Assembly: GCA_045627205.1 (NCBI GenBank)
Contig: JAZQNG010000064.1
Span: forward strand, 2,573-66,572
Source: Lachnospiraceae bacterium
GTDB lineage: Bacteria > Bacillota > Clostridia > Lachnospirales > Lachnospiraceae
Length of the DNA stretch: 64,000 bases
Direction of reading: 5' to 3'
This document shows, piece by piece, positions 32,604-41,518 of the stretch. The notes under the pieces were generated by a model that was not told the DNA's origin, did not search any database, and saw only the letters and a program-made list of their open reading frames with translations. Numbering within the stretch: the first letter of the stretch is position 1; each line of letters starts with the position of its first letter. The position numbers and the translations under genes are program-made.

Positions 32604-35600
32604 ATGGTAAGAGGAATAGGCATCATAGGACTTTGTATAATGGCTATGGATAGCAAACGAAGGAATGCACTGGCTAAAAAGATAAACGAGGCTACAATAA
32701 ATGCGGGATATAAGCTTGTGTGGTTTACATATTTTGAAGATGCGACAAATATGCAGGAGAATGTGGCAGCCTTTGGCATGCTGAATAAATCATTTGTCGA
32801 TGGTCTTGTGGTATGTTCGGGAACCGGTTACGGAAGCGTTATGACAGACCGCATCATTCATTCGGCACAGGGAGCTAAAGTACCTGTTGTTACTCTCGGC
32901 GAGAACAATATCGATATACCTTTTGCTGATGAAAAGGAGCCCGATTTTGCCGAGAAGCTGATCTCAGAGCTTGAAAAGCAGATGCCCGAGATGCCCAGGA
33001 TTCCTTTGGATATGCTTGAACCGCCCGAGGAAGACTCTGATAAGGAAGTTACTCCCGAGGACATCGGAAAGGCAGAGGACGACATATACTTTAGCGTAAA
33101 CAAAATGCTTGATGCCAAAGAAATCAAGGATTTGATTCCATGTATCAGAGAAATGCTTCCGAAAAATGCATATTTCTGTTTCGCCGGAGAGTTTCTGGTT
33201 CAGTATGGTGACACTGACTGGGATCAGGATAAAAATAAAGTAATCCTTTCAAACAAAGAGCCTGTTTCGGTGTCTATTGCCGTATCAAAGACGAAAGTTC
33301 TTCCGGAAGTTGAAAAATGGATGTACTCAAGAGAATGCTTTATTCTTACACCCTCGATAGCCAAAGAGGTTGTATGCGGCTATTATGCATTCAGAATATC
33401 GAGTATGGAGAAGTTCCAGCTGATATACAGGCTTATTGTCAGATATATAAATCTGGCACTGAATATATATATAAAGTATGTGCTGAACAGAACCATTATG
33501 AATCGTATGGAAACCTACTCCTTCATGGATATCAACACAGGTTTTTATAATCTTGGCGGTGTATCAAAATGGTTCCGGGAGATGGCTGCAAAGCCTGAAA
33601 ATCATGCCAGGAGCATCGGCTTTACCGTGTTTCTTCTTCCTAAATATAATGAAATATATGAGAACCACGGAGCTGAGGCTATTGACGAGATTCTGCGAAT
33701 AGTCGGTTCCATGCTCCAGAATGTTTATAAAGAAAAACATGTTATTGCCAGAGTACAGAGCGATGAATTTGTTGTGGTAAGCAGCTTTAAGGCAGATGAA
33801 AATGCGGCTGAAGTCATCCTGAACAATATCGATAATTTCTATAATGAACTTGAAAACTTTAACAGACGCCGTATCTTAAAATATGACATTCTGGTCAATA
33901 GAGGATATACATATACCGAATCCGGCTGGGAAGGAACACTGGAATCCTTTATCAAGTATGCCAACAGCGAGATGTATCTCTATACACTTAACAGAGAGCA
34001 GGAAGAGGCTCCCAGTGAGGATAAAAACGTTCTGGCAACCTACGCCACCTTTGATACGATTATTAAGAACAATCTGCTGACATATCATCTTCAGCCTATT
34101 ATCAGTGCCAAGACAGGCGATATTTACGGATACGAGGCCCTTATGAGAACCAAAGGCTCCGTGAAGATGTCACCTCTTGAAGTGATTGACATAGCTACCA
34201 GGTACGACCGTCTGGGCGATATAGAGCATGCAACACTTTTCAATGTAATGCAGCTCTATTCCGAGAGAAGCGGAGAATTCGCCGGCAAAAAGATATTTAT
34301 TAATACCATCCCGGGACATTTCTTAAGCCGGGATGAATGGAGTGAGCTGACAGAGAAATATGGCAGCCATTTCGATAAATTTATCTATGAAGTAACTGAG
34401 CAGAGTTCCTGCTCGGAAGAAGAACTGGAGTCAATCAAGAAGCTCAGAGACAGCGAGACCAATCTTCAGATAGCTATTGACGACTACGGAACAGGTCATT
34501 CCAATATAGTTAATCTGTTACGTTACGCACCTCAGATTATCAAAATTGACCGGTATCTTATTACTGAAATACAGAACGACAGAAACAAGCAGATGTTTGT
34601 AAAGAACGCTATAGATTTTGCAAACATGAACGGAATCAAGGTTCTGGCCGAAGGCGTTGAGACCTTCGAGGAGCTTTCGGCGGTTATTGAATACGGTGTT
34701 GACCTGATTCAGGGCTACTATGTATCAAGACCTCAGCCTAATGTTGTTCCCGTTATTCCGGAGAAAATAAGACGTGAAATAGTAAACGAAAACTTAAGGC
34801 TTTCCACTTATAACAGAGATCTGAAGACCTATGAGGCTGCCTGCGGCGAAAGTCTTGACCTGATAAATCTGGCACTGAACCAGTACACCTACATTAACCT
34901 TTATGAAGGCGAATACATTGCCTTTGGTGACGGAGAAGGCATTACCGATATGCACATCCGTGTGGCTGATAACGCAAATGTTAAGCTTACTGTTTCAAAT
35001 ACCAATATTAAGGGCTCCAGCGAAACACCGATTATCGTTGGCAAAAACAGTCACTTAACCCTTGTAATAAAGGACAACAACACCTTCTATAAGGAAGGCG
35101 TATATGTTCCTGAAAGTTCATCTCTTGATTTGATCGGTGATGGTAATCTGGATATTGAACTGAACAGAAATTACGGCTGCGGAATCGGAGGAAGTTTTAA
35201 GCGTAAATACGGAAATATAACAATAAATATGGACGGCATGCTTTCCATGAACTGTTCCGGCGACAGGGTAACGGCCATAGGCGGTGAAAGCAGCGAAGGC
35301 AGTATCGTATTTGAAAAATGCAGCACAGTAATAAAGGCGACAGGCATAGCGATTATCGGAATAGGAAGTGCCCAGGGTGAATCGAACATTGTTATAAATG
35401 AGACGGCTAAAATTGATGTTGTATGTAACGGAAATGATGCCGTGGGAATCGGATGCTTCAAGGGCAAAACCAGAGTTGTATCTTCCGGAAATATAGCATG
35501 CCGTACAGACGGTGAAAGAATTGTATCGATTGGAAGCACCTCATGTACCGAAAGCAGGATTGAGTTTATAGGAGGATGCTATTCGGGACAGATTCATTGC

Positions 35601-35849
35601 GATACGGGACTGGTTGTGGGAGCTTCGTCCGGTGAGATGGAAATCCTGATTAAGGATACCTATCTTGACATATTTGCCGAGGGTGCCCGGGTTACCTGTG
35701 TAGGAAGCATAGACGGAAAATGTGATATTCTGGCAGAGAGCGGAAATATCAATCTGAAGACGAATTCAGGCATATCGACCCTTCTGGGAGGTAAAAATGA
35801 TACCTGCAGGATAGTTAATGCCGTTGTAAATCTTCCGGAGAATGCCTGA
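32604..35849 (+). CDS. c-di-GMP phosphodiesterase-type protein: sugar-binding-like N-terminus, degenerate GGDEF, intact EAL, ~340-aa unassigned repetitive C-terminal domain
   Basis: EAL motifs are YGYEALMR, INTIP, DDYGTGHSN, KIDR, EGVET and QGYYVSRPQ. The GGDEF position reads QSDEF. The C-terminus has repeated short beta-strand-like units with G-x-G/IG motifs. GGAGG RBS lies 8 nt upstream of ATG 32604. Confidence 0.85.
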   Translation: MVRGIGIIGLCIMAMDSKRRNALAKKINEATINAGYKLVWFTYFEDATNMQENVAAFGMLNKSFVDGLVVCSGTGYGSVMTDRIIHSAQGAKVPVVTLGENNIDIPFADEKEPDFAEKLISELEKQMPEMPRIPLDMLEPPEEDSDKEVTPEDIGKAEDDIYFSVNKMLDAKEIKDLIPCIREMLPKNAYFCFAGEFLVQYGDTDWDQDKNKVILSNKEPVSVSIAVSKTKVLPEVEKWMYSRECFILTPSIAKEVVCGYYAFRISSMEKFQLIYRLIVRYINLALNIYIKYVLNRTIMNRMETYSFMDINTGFYNLGGVSKWFREMAAKPENHARSIGFTVFLLPKYNEIYENHGAEAIDEILRIVGSMLQNVYKEKHVIARVQSDEFVVVSSFKADENAAEVILNNIDNFYNELENFNRRRILKYDILVNRGYTYTESGWEGTLESFIKYANSEMYLYTLNREQEEAPSEDKNVLATYATFDTIIKNNLLTYHLQPIISAKTGDIYGYEALMRTKGSVKMSPLEVIDIATRYDRLGDIEHATLFNVMQLYSERSGEFAGKKIFINTIPGHFLSRDEWSELTEKYGSHFDKFIYEVTEQSSCSEEELESIKKLRDSETNLQIAIDDYGTGHSNIVNLLRYAPQIIKIDRYLITEIQNDRNKQMFVKNAIDFANMNGIKVLAEGVETFEELSAVIEYGVDLIQGYYVSRPQPNVVPVIPEKIRREIVNENLRLSTYNRDLKTYEAACGESLDLINLALNQYTYINLYEGEYIAFGDGEGITDMHIRVADNANVKLTVSNTNIKGSSETPIIVGKNSHLTLVIKDNNTFYKEGVYVPESSSLDLIGDGNLDIELNRNYGCGIGGSFKRKYGNITINMDGMLSMNCSGDRVTAIGGESSEGSIVFEKCSTVIKATGIAIIGIGSAQGESNIVINETAKIDVVCNGNDAVGIGCFKGKTRVVSSGNIACRTDGERIVSIGSTSCTESRIEFIGGCYSGQIHCDTGLVVGASSGEMEILIKDTYLDIFAEGARVTCVGSIDGKCDILAESGNINLKTNSGISTLLGGKNDTCRIVNAVVNLPENA

Positions 35850-35859
35850 AGTAATTATT

Positions 35860-35950
35860 CACAGTCGGGTAATGATAAACGCAAGCTGAGAGCTTTCTTT
35901 CAGACTTATGAGAATGGGTTTTGAACAGACTGTGAAGCAACTGACTGAAA
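35860..35950. repeat. dispersed hairpin repeat family H, copy 3
   Basis: CACAGTCGGGTAATGATAAACGCAAGCTGAGAGC...CAGACTGTG (35860-35934), followed by the shared tail AAGCAACTGACTGA. It starts 11 nt after the stop codon. Confidence 0.6.
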
Positions 35951-35969
35951 ATATATAAACAGATTTACG

Positions 35970-36000
35970 AGCCATCGCAAAAGCGGTGGCTTCTGTTTTG
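35970..36000 (+). terminator. probable rho-independent terminator
   Basis: AGCCATCGC-AAAA-GCGGTGGCT (35970-35991, one G-U pair), followed by TCTGTTTTG. Confidence 0.5.
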
Positions 36001-36133
36001 CGAGTCTTGAATTACCAGGCAGCGGAGCGGATTGCGAATATCATTGACAAGGTCGAAAGAGTATCGTGGAAAAACAAAAAAGGGGTATTGTCCGCACGGA
36101 GCAAACAAATGTGTCTGTCTCACAAATTTTTTC

Positions 36134-36162
36134 TTGCATTTTGAAAAAAGAAAGAATATAAT
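36134..36162 (+). promoter_or_regulatory. sigma-70-type promoter of gdhA
   Basis: TTGCAT (36134-36139), 17-nt spacer, TATAAT (36157-36162). Confidence 0.65.
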
Positions 36163-36237
36163 GGTGAAAGTTGGGTAGAATCCCCGGATGGTATGTATTC
36201 AAAAACAACCAATTTGTAAATTTAGGAGGAAAAATCA

Positions 36238-37590
36238 ATGAACGCTTACATTGCAAGAGTTATTGAAGACGTTAAGAAGAAGAATGCTTCTGAGCCTGAG
36301 TTCCTTCAGACCGTTGAAGAGGTTCTTACATCACTTGAGCCTGCTATCGAGAAGCATCCCGAGTATGAGGCAAATAAGCTCCTTGAGAGACTTGTTGAGC
36401 CCGAGAGAATTATTTCATTCAGAGTTGTATGGATGGATGATCAGGGTAAGCCCCAGGTTAACCGTGGATACAGAGTACAGTTCAATTCAGCAATCGGACC
36501 TTACAAGGGAGGATTAAGATTCCATCCCGCTGTATATCAGGGAATGATGAAGTTCCTTGCTTTCGAGCAGACCTTCAAGAACAGCCTTACAAGCCTTCCT
36601 ATGGGTGGCGGTAAGGGTGGATCAGATTTTGATCCCCAGGGCAAGTCAGATGCAGAAGTAATGAGATTCTGCCAGGCATTTATGACAGAGCTTTACAGAC
36701 ATATCGGACCTAACGTAGACGTTCCTGCCGGCGATGTTGGTGTAGGCGGACGTGAAATCGGTTACTTATTCGGACAGTACAAAAGAATTAAGGATGCTTA
36801 CGAGAATGGCGTTCTTACAGGCAAGGGTCTTTCATACGGCGGATCTCTTATCCGTCCCGAGGCTACAGGCTATGGTGCAACATACTTCTGGAGCGAGGTT
36901 ATGAAGCATGAGGGCAAGACCATTGAAGGTCAGACATTTGCTCTTTCAGGTTTCGGTAACGTAGCATGGGGTGCTGCTCAGAAGATTAAAGAACTCGGCG
37001 GTAAGGTTCTCACAATCTCAGGTCCCGACGGATATTGCTATATGAAGGACGGCATGACCGATGAAATGATTAACTACATGCTTGAAATGAGAGCTTCCAA
37101 CCGTAACAAATCACAGGATATGGCTGATAAGTTCCCGGATAAGGCTGAGTTCGTAGCAGGCAAGAAGCCTTGGGGCAATGTTAAGGTTGACGTTTGCATG
37201 CCTTGCGCATTCCAGAACGAAATCAACATCGATGATGCTAAGGCTGTTGTAGCTGCAGGTATCAAGTATGTTAACGAAGTTGCTAATATGCCTACCACAA
37301 ATGAGGCTGTTAAGTACTTCCAGGAGAATGGCGTTCTTATCACACCTTCAAAGGCTGTTAATGCAGGTGGTGTTGCTACATCAGGTCTTGAGATGAGCCA
37401 GAACTCAGAGAGACTTTCTTGGACAGCAGAGGAAGTTGATAAGCAGCTCAAGAACATCATGAAGAATATCCATCAGCAGATTGTTGATGCCTGCGATGAG
37501 TACGGTATCGGCTACAATCTTGTTGCAGGTGCTAACCTTGCAGGCTTCCGTAAGGTTGCAGATGCAATGATGGCTCAGGGTTGGGTATAA
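36238..37590 (+). CDS. gdhA: NADP-specific glutamate dehydrogenase
   Basis: 450 aa. Contains RVVWMDDQGKPQVNRGYRVQFNSAIGPYKGGLRFHP and the catalytic-Lys region PMGGGKGGSDFDP. The dinucleotide fold is GFGNVAWGAA. Codon usage is strongly biased. Confidence 0.95.
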   Translation: MNAYIARVIEDVKKKNASEPEFLQTVEEVLTSLEPAIEKHPEYEANKLLERLVEPERIISFRVVWMDDQGKPQVNRGYRVQFNSAIGPYKGGLRFHPAVYQGMMKFLAFEQTFKNSLTSLPMGGGKGGSDFDPQGKSDAEVMRFCQAFMTELYRHIGPNVDVPAGDVGVGGREIGYLFGQYKRIKDAYENGVLTGKGLSYGGSLIRPEATGYGATYFWSEVMKHEGKTIEGQTFALSGFGNVAWGAAQKIKELGGKVLTISGPDGYCYMKDGMTDEMINYMLEMRASNRNKSQDMADKFPDKAEFVAGKKPWGNVKVDVCMPCAFQNEINIDDAKAVVAAGIKYVNEVANMPTTNEAVKYFQENGVLITPSKAVNAGGVATSGLEMSQNSERLSWTAEEVDKQLKNIMKNIHQQIVDACDEYGIGYNLVAGANLAGFRKVADAMMAQGWV

Positions 37591-37689
37591 TAGCGCACTA
37601 AAGTGCGCCATAATTTAAACACAAAAACCAGTGGGTTTTTGGTTTAAATTATCCCCTTGTTTCATGTTGAAGAATTAAATAAAATTTGA

Positions 37690-37738
37690 TGACCTCCTTA
37701 CAAATATTTTGCAGGGAGGTCATTTTTATAGTATTAAT
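37690..37738 (+). terminator. rho-independent terminator downstream of gdhA
   Basis: GACCTCC (37691-37697) pairs with GGAGGTC (37725-37731), followed by ATTTTTA. Confidence 0.55.
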
Positions 37739-37769
37739 ATTTTTTGAAGAAATCCTTACAATGATTTGC

Positions 37770-37809
37770 AAAAAACCTCTCTTTCCTTGGGCTGGAAGAG
37801 AGGTTTTTT
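37770..37809. terminator. bidirectional rho-independent terminator
   Basis: AAAAAACCTCTCTTTCC...GGAAGAGAGGTTTTTT. It directly abuts the stop of the minus-strand radical SAM gene. Confidence 0.7.
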
Positions 37810-37811
37810 AT

Positions 37812-38825
37812 TTATTCTTTGGCTGAATTTATGCCGTTCAGTATTATTTTTTTGTTTGTGCTCCATTTGGGATATATTAACAGATCCTTGGGAGCGTCTC
37901 CTGTGAGGCGATGGATTATCATATCAGGAGGCAGAATTTTTAGACAGCAGGCCAGAAGATTGATGTATTCCTCTGCAGTACGGATATGAAGTCCGAGGTG
38001 CTGTGCACATATATCGGCACGTATATATTCCTTTTCTTCCCTGCTTAGACTGTCCTTGTCTGCAATTTCCTTTACACTGTTCTGGACCGCCTTTAATTCT
38101 TCGTTAAATCGTCTTCCAAGCTCTGTATTTTTTAAGACATGGAGAAGCTGAAGCTTTATACCCTGAATTTTAAATCGCGGATCTGAAATGTATCTGATTG
38201 TTTCAAGCATCATTTCCTCGGTTTCACCGGGAAGGCCTAAAATGACATGTACAATTACCTCAAGTCCGGCCTTGTTTAATCTTCGCACGGCATCCTCAAA
38301 GGCATCAAGCTGATATCCGCGGTGTATGAAATCTGCTGTTTTAGCATGCATTGTCTGAAGTCCGAGTTCAATCCAGACAGGTTTTATTCTGTTGATTTTT
38401 AAAAGCATGTCAATGCATTCGTTTGTAATGCAATCCGGTCTGGTTGCTATTGAAATAGCACAGATTTCTTCATTGGCAGCGGCATCGGAGAACATTGCTT
38501 TTAATTTGTCTACAGGACCATAGGTATTGGTATAGCTTTGAAAATATGCAATATATTTTATTTTTTCATTGCCTCGCCTGTCTATTTTGGCTGCAATCTG
38601 TTTTTTTGCATATTCAATCTGGTCGCCTACAGATAAATATGCAGGCGCCGCAAAATCACCTGAACCTCCCTCACTGCAGAAAATACATCCGCCAGTGCCG
38701 ATGTTTCCGTCTCTGTTGGGACAGCTGCAGCCGGTTGACAGTGAAAGCTTGTACACCTTACAGCCAAATCTGTTCTGAAGATATGTATTTAAATCATTAT
38801 AAGGTTTATTCATATCTTTACCCAT
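37812..38825 (-). CDS. TIGR01212-family radical SAM protein
   Basis: Contains CPNRDGNIGTGGCIFCSEGGSGDFA, the characteristic cluster-binding segment of this family. 337 aa. Confidence 0.85.
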   Translation of the reverse strand: MGKDMNKPYNDLNTYLQNRFGCKVYKLSLSTGCSCPNRDGNIGTGGCIFCSEGGSGDFAAPAYLSVGDQIEYAKKQIAAKIDRRGNEKIKYIAYFQSYTNTYGPVDKLKAMFSDAAANEEICAISIATRPDCITNECIDMLLKINRIKPVWIELGLQTMHAKTADFIHRGYQLDAFEDAVRRLNKAGLEVIVHVILGLPGETEEMMLETIRYISDPRFKIQGIKLQLLHVLKNTELGRRFNEELKAVQNSVKEIADKDSLSREEKEYIRADICAQHLGLHIRTAEEYINLLACCLKILPPDMIIHRLTGDAPKDLLIYPKWSTNKKIILNGINSAKE

Positions 38826-39174
38826 GCCTTCCTAATGGTTAAATATATATTTTCTACATATATACCTTAAATCCATTATATTCATTTTCAGTATAAATAA
38901 TTTCCTGATTATTTTCAACTGGAAGATTTAATCTCAAGCAGTAAATTTTTTACATTGTAGGTAGAATTTATGCTTATTATTTGATTTAGGGACAGCATTT
39001 GATGTCTATAGTAAAAATATAATGGTCCTTCTCGATTGTATAATCTTTTTCATTATATTAAAAAATCATATTTATTTTTTTGCCTGCTTTGATATAATGA
39101 TAATAAATTGTTTGTTTAGAGCGTACTAAACAAAACTATCAGCGAATCGCACATCGCTTAGTATGGGAGGAATT

Positions 39175-40092
39175 ATGAAGTTAAGAAGCTTTATACTGAT
39201 TTTTTTAGGCATTGCATTATTATCATTTTCAGAAGTAAGGACTTTTGCCTTTTCTGATGGTGAATTTAATGATGGATATGTAGCAATTGTTAAGAAGGCA
39301 TCAAAGATTTATCAGAATCCAAAATCGGGTAGTGATACCGTGAAGGAAATTTTGACCGGAGAGAATCTTACCACACATCTTGCAGATGCTATTTCCATTG
39401 TTGATACAATAGTAGATTCGAAGGGGAAGGAATGGTACAGGGTTATAGTAAATACAATTTATTATCCTACGGATGAGCAGACCGAGGTAATAGATAAAAA
39501 TGCGCCCTTTTATGAAACAACAGGCTATGATAATTCAAATTATTCCGTATTCTATGAAGGCTATATACCTGCTTCGAAGCTTGTAAAGAATGAATTTTCG
39601 ATGGAGCAGAAGGAGTATCTTGATATTATCAATGAGTATCTGTATATCTATCAGGATTCCGGTAAGGAGACTGCAGAATTTTCAAATGCGGATAAGCAGG
39701 AATTTTTAAAAACCTGCTTCAATCATTATTCAAAGGAAAGCTACACAAAGGAAGAGATTAAGGATCTTGCGGTAAAATTCTTTTCAGGTTCGAAATTTAT
39801 ATCAAATAAGTTTCTGAAAAAATATCCGTTAAAAGACGATATGTATGATGTTACCGGAAATTTCAGTGATTATGGAACATGTTATCCCGGATATAAGGTT
39901 AATTCCATTTCATTAAAAAAGGGTGTTTATACAATCAAATGCACAATGCTTGTTTATGAATACGATTTTAATAAGAATAAGACTAAAAAAATGAAGACCG
40001 GCAGCTACACCGTGAAGCTTAAAAAATGCGAGGGCGAGGAAAACAATTATTATATTACAGGTGTTACATACAAAAATACTTCGCTTATATAG
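39175..40092 (+). CDS. secreted hypothetical protein (signal peptide; possible SH3b-like N-terminal domain)
   Basis: Start ATG 39175 follows GGAGG. Hydrophobic signal is KLRSFILIFLGIALLSF. The segment YVAIVKKASKIYQNPKSGSD...KEWYRVIV resembles bacterial SH3 domains. Coding sequence is AT-rich. Confidence 0.6.
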   Translation: MKLRSFILIFLGIALLSFSEVRTFAFSDGEFNDGYVAIVKKASKIYQNPKSGSDTVKEILTGENLTTHLADAISIVDTIVDSKGKEWYRVIVNTIYYPTDEQTEVIDKNAPFYETTGYDNSNYSVFYEGYIPASKLVKNEFSMEQKEYLDIINEYLYIYQDSGKETAEFSNADKQEFLKTCFNHYSKESYTKEEIKDLAVKFFSGSKFISNKFLKKYPLKDDMYDVTGNFSDYGTCYPGYKVNSISLKKGVYTIKCTMLVYEYDFNKNKTKKMKTGSYTVKLKKCEGEENNYYITGVTYKNTSLI

Positions 40093-40235
40093 TTTTTTAT
40101 TATAAATCTATTTTATTAAGCATTTATGGTACCGTAAATTGAAGACAGACAGATTTATATAAAGCAGATTCCGTTATATAATTATTTTGAAGTATTGTAA
40201 ATCTATAATCGTGATATATTAATTGGAGGTAGCGT

Positions 40236-41489
40236 ATGCTTATTTATATTTTGCTAATGCTTATCATTCCGGCTTTATGTCTGATTTTGGCGCTTCGTTT
40301 CCAAAAGAAATACAACAGGCTGAAAAGTCAGGAAAGCTATGAATCCGAAGCCAAAAAGAAGGCTGATGAACTTACCTATACAGATCCTGTCATCACCTGT
40401 GATTATTGTGGTAATGCAATTAACACCGGCCTATATAAAAGATGTCCTGTCTGCAACGGCGAATATTCGCATGATGAAGAATGGATAAACCGTCACAGGA
40501 TTGATATGAGTGAATTCGACAGGGCTGCCAGTGAGCATTCAAGCAAACAGATTGAACGTCTTGATAATGCTTCGAAGGGGCTGCTCAGACTTTTTAAGGT
40601 ATTCCTTATTATAGGCTGTTCGATTTTTCTTTTTTTCGGAATAATTATCATTGTATTTCTTATTGATACAAGCACAGTTCACTATCAGGAATCTCAGCCT
40701 GTGAACCTTTCAGCGACAGATAATTATGTTAAGGAGAATTATTCAGTAACAGGAAATGCCTGCTTTATTGACTATGAAGGCATTACTGCAGAGGTTTCCG
40801 GAATATACAGGGATTCCAGGCATAAGACGTTTAAAATCGAATATACAGTTTCTAATAATTCACAGAATGATTATTATATCGATTTTGAACTTAAAGGTAT
40901 AAACAATTATTTAAAGATGATATCAACACGTCGATTTAATGTTGAAAATGAAATATATGTTGAACCCGGAAAATCGATTGTATTTTATGACGAGGTAATG
41001 AATTATTTTTCCTCGAATGATATTGAAGGAATTTCTTCTTTATTGATTGGAAATATAGAGGTTGGTAATTCGGATAAACACTTTATTTTTGATTTAATTT
41101 CAACAAAGGTAATTAATACCGAATATTCAGGACCTGTTTATTCTGAATGGGAGGAAGAAGGAAACTGTGTTTTTTATACGGATGAAAATTTGACTGTATC
41201 GCTATCCGGTGCTGATGAGAATAATATGATAATGTATATAAAAAATACCGGTAGCGAAGCATATGAAATATCATCTACCCGTCTTTTGCTGAATAATCAG
41301 GAAACATATACACAACCCGTTTATAGTATAGAATTGCCTGTCGGAGCAGTTTATTACTGTGGTTATCTTTATTCATCCTCTTCCTTTAAGGATATGAAAC
41401 CGGGTGACGTTGTAACGGTACAATTTACATTGAAATTTAAGGATAAACCTGAAAAAACATATTCAACAGACTATATAAGACTTAAATGA
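40236..41489 (+). CDS. hypothetical bitopic membrane protein with a cytoplasmic zinc ribbon
   Basis: N-terminal TM helix. CDYCGN...CPVCNG zinc ribbon. Second TM helix (LFKVFLIIGCSIFLFFGIIIIVFLI). ~270-aa extracytoplasmic domain. GGAGG RBS. AT-rich. Confidence 0.6.
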   Translation: MLIYILLMLIIPALCLILALRFQKKYNRLKSQESYESEAKKKADELTYTDPVITCDYCGNAINTGLYKRCPVCNGEYSHDEEWINRHRIDMSEFDRAASEHSSKQIERLDNASKGLLRLFKVFLIIGCSIFLFFGIIIIVFLIDTSTVHYQESQPVNLSATDNYVKENYSVTGNACFIDYEGITAEVSGIYRDSRHKTFKIEYTVSNNSQNDYYIDFELKGINNYLKMISTRRFNVENEIYVEPGKSIVFYDEVMNYFSSNDIEGISSLLIGNIEVGNSDKHFIFDLISTKVINTEYSGPVYSEWEEEGNCVFYTDENLTVSLSGADENNMIMYIKNTGSEAYEISSTRLLLNNQETYTQPVYSIELPVGAVYYCGYLYSSSSFKDMKPGDVVTVQFTLKFKDKPEKTYSTDYIRLK

Positions 41490-41518
41490 AACATATTTTG
41501 ATTGGAGGTAATTAAGAA

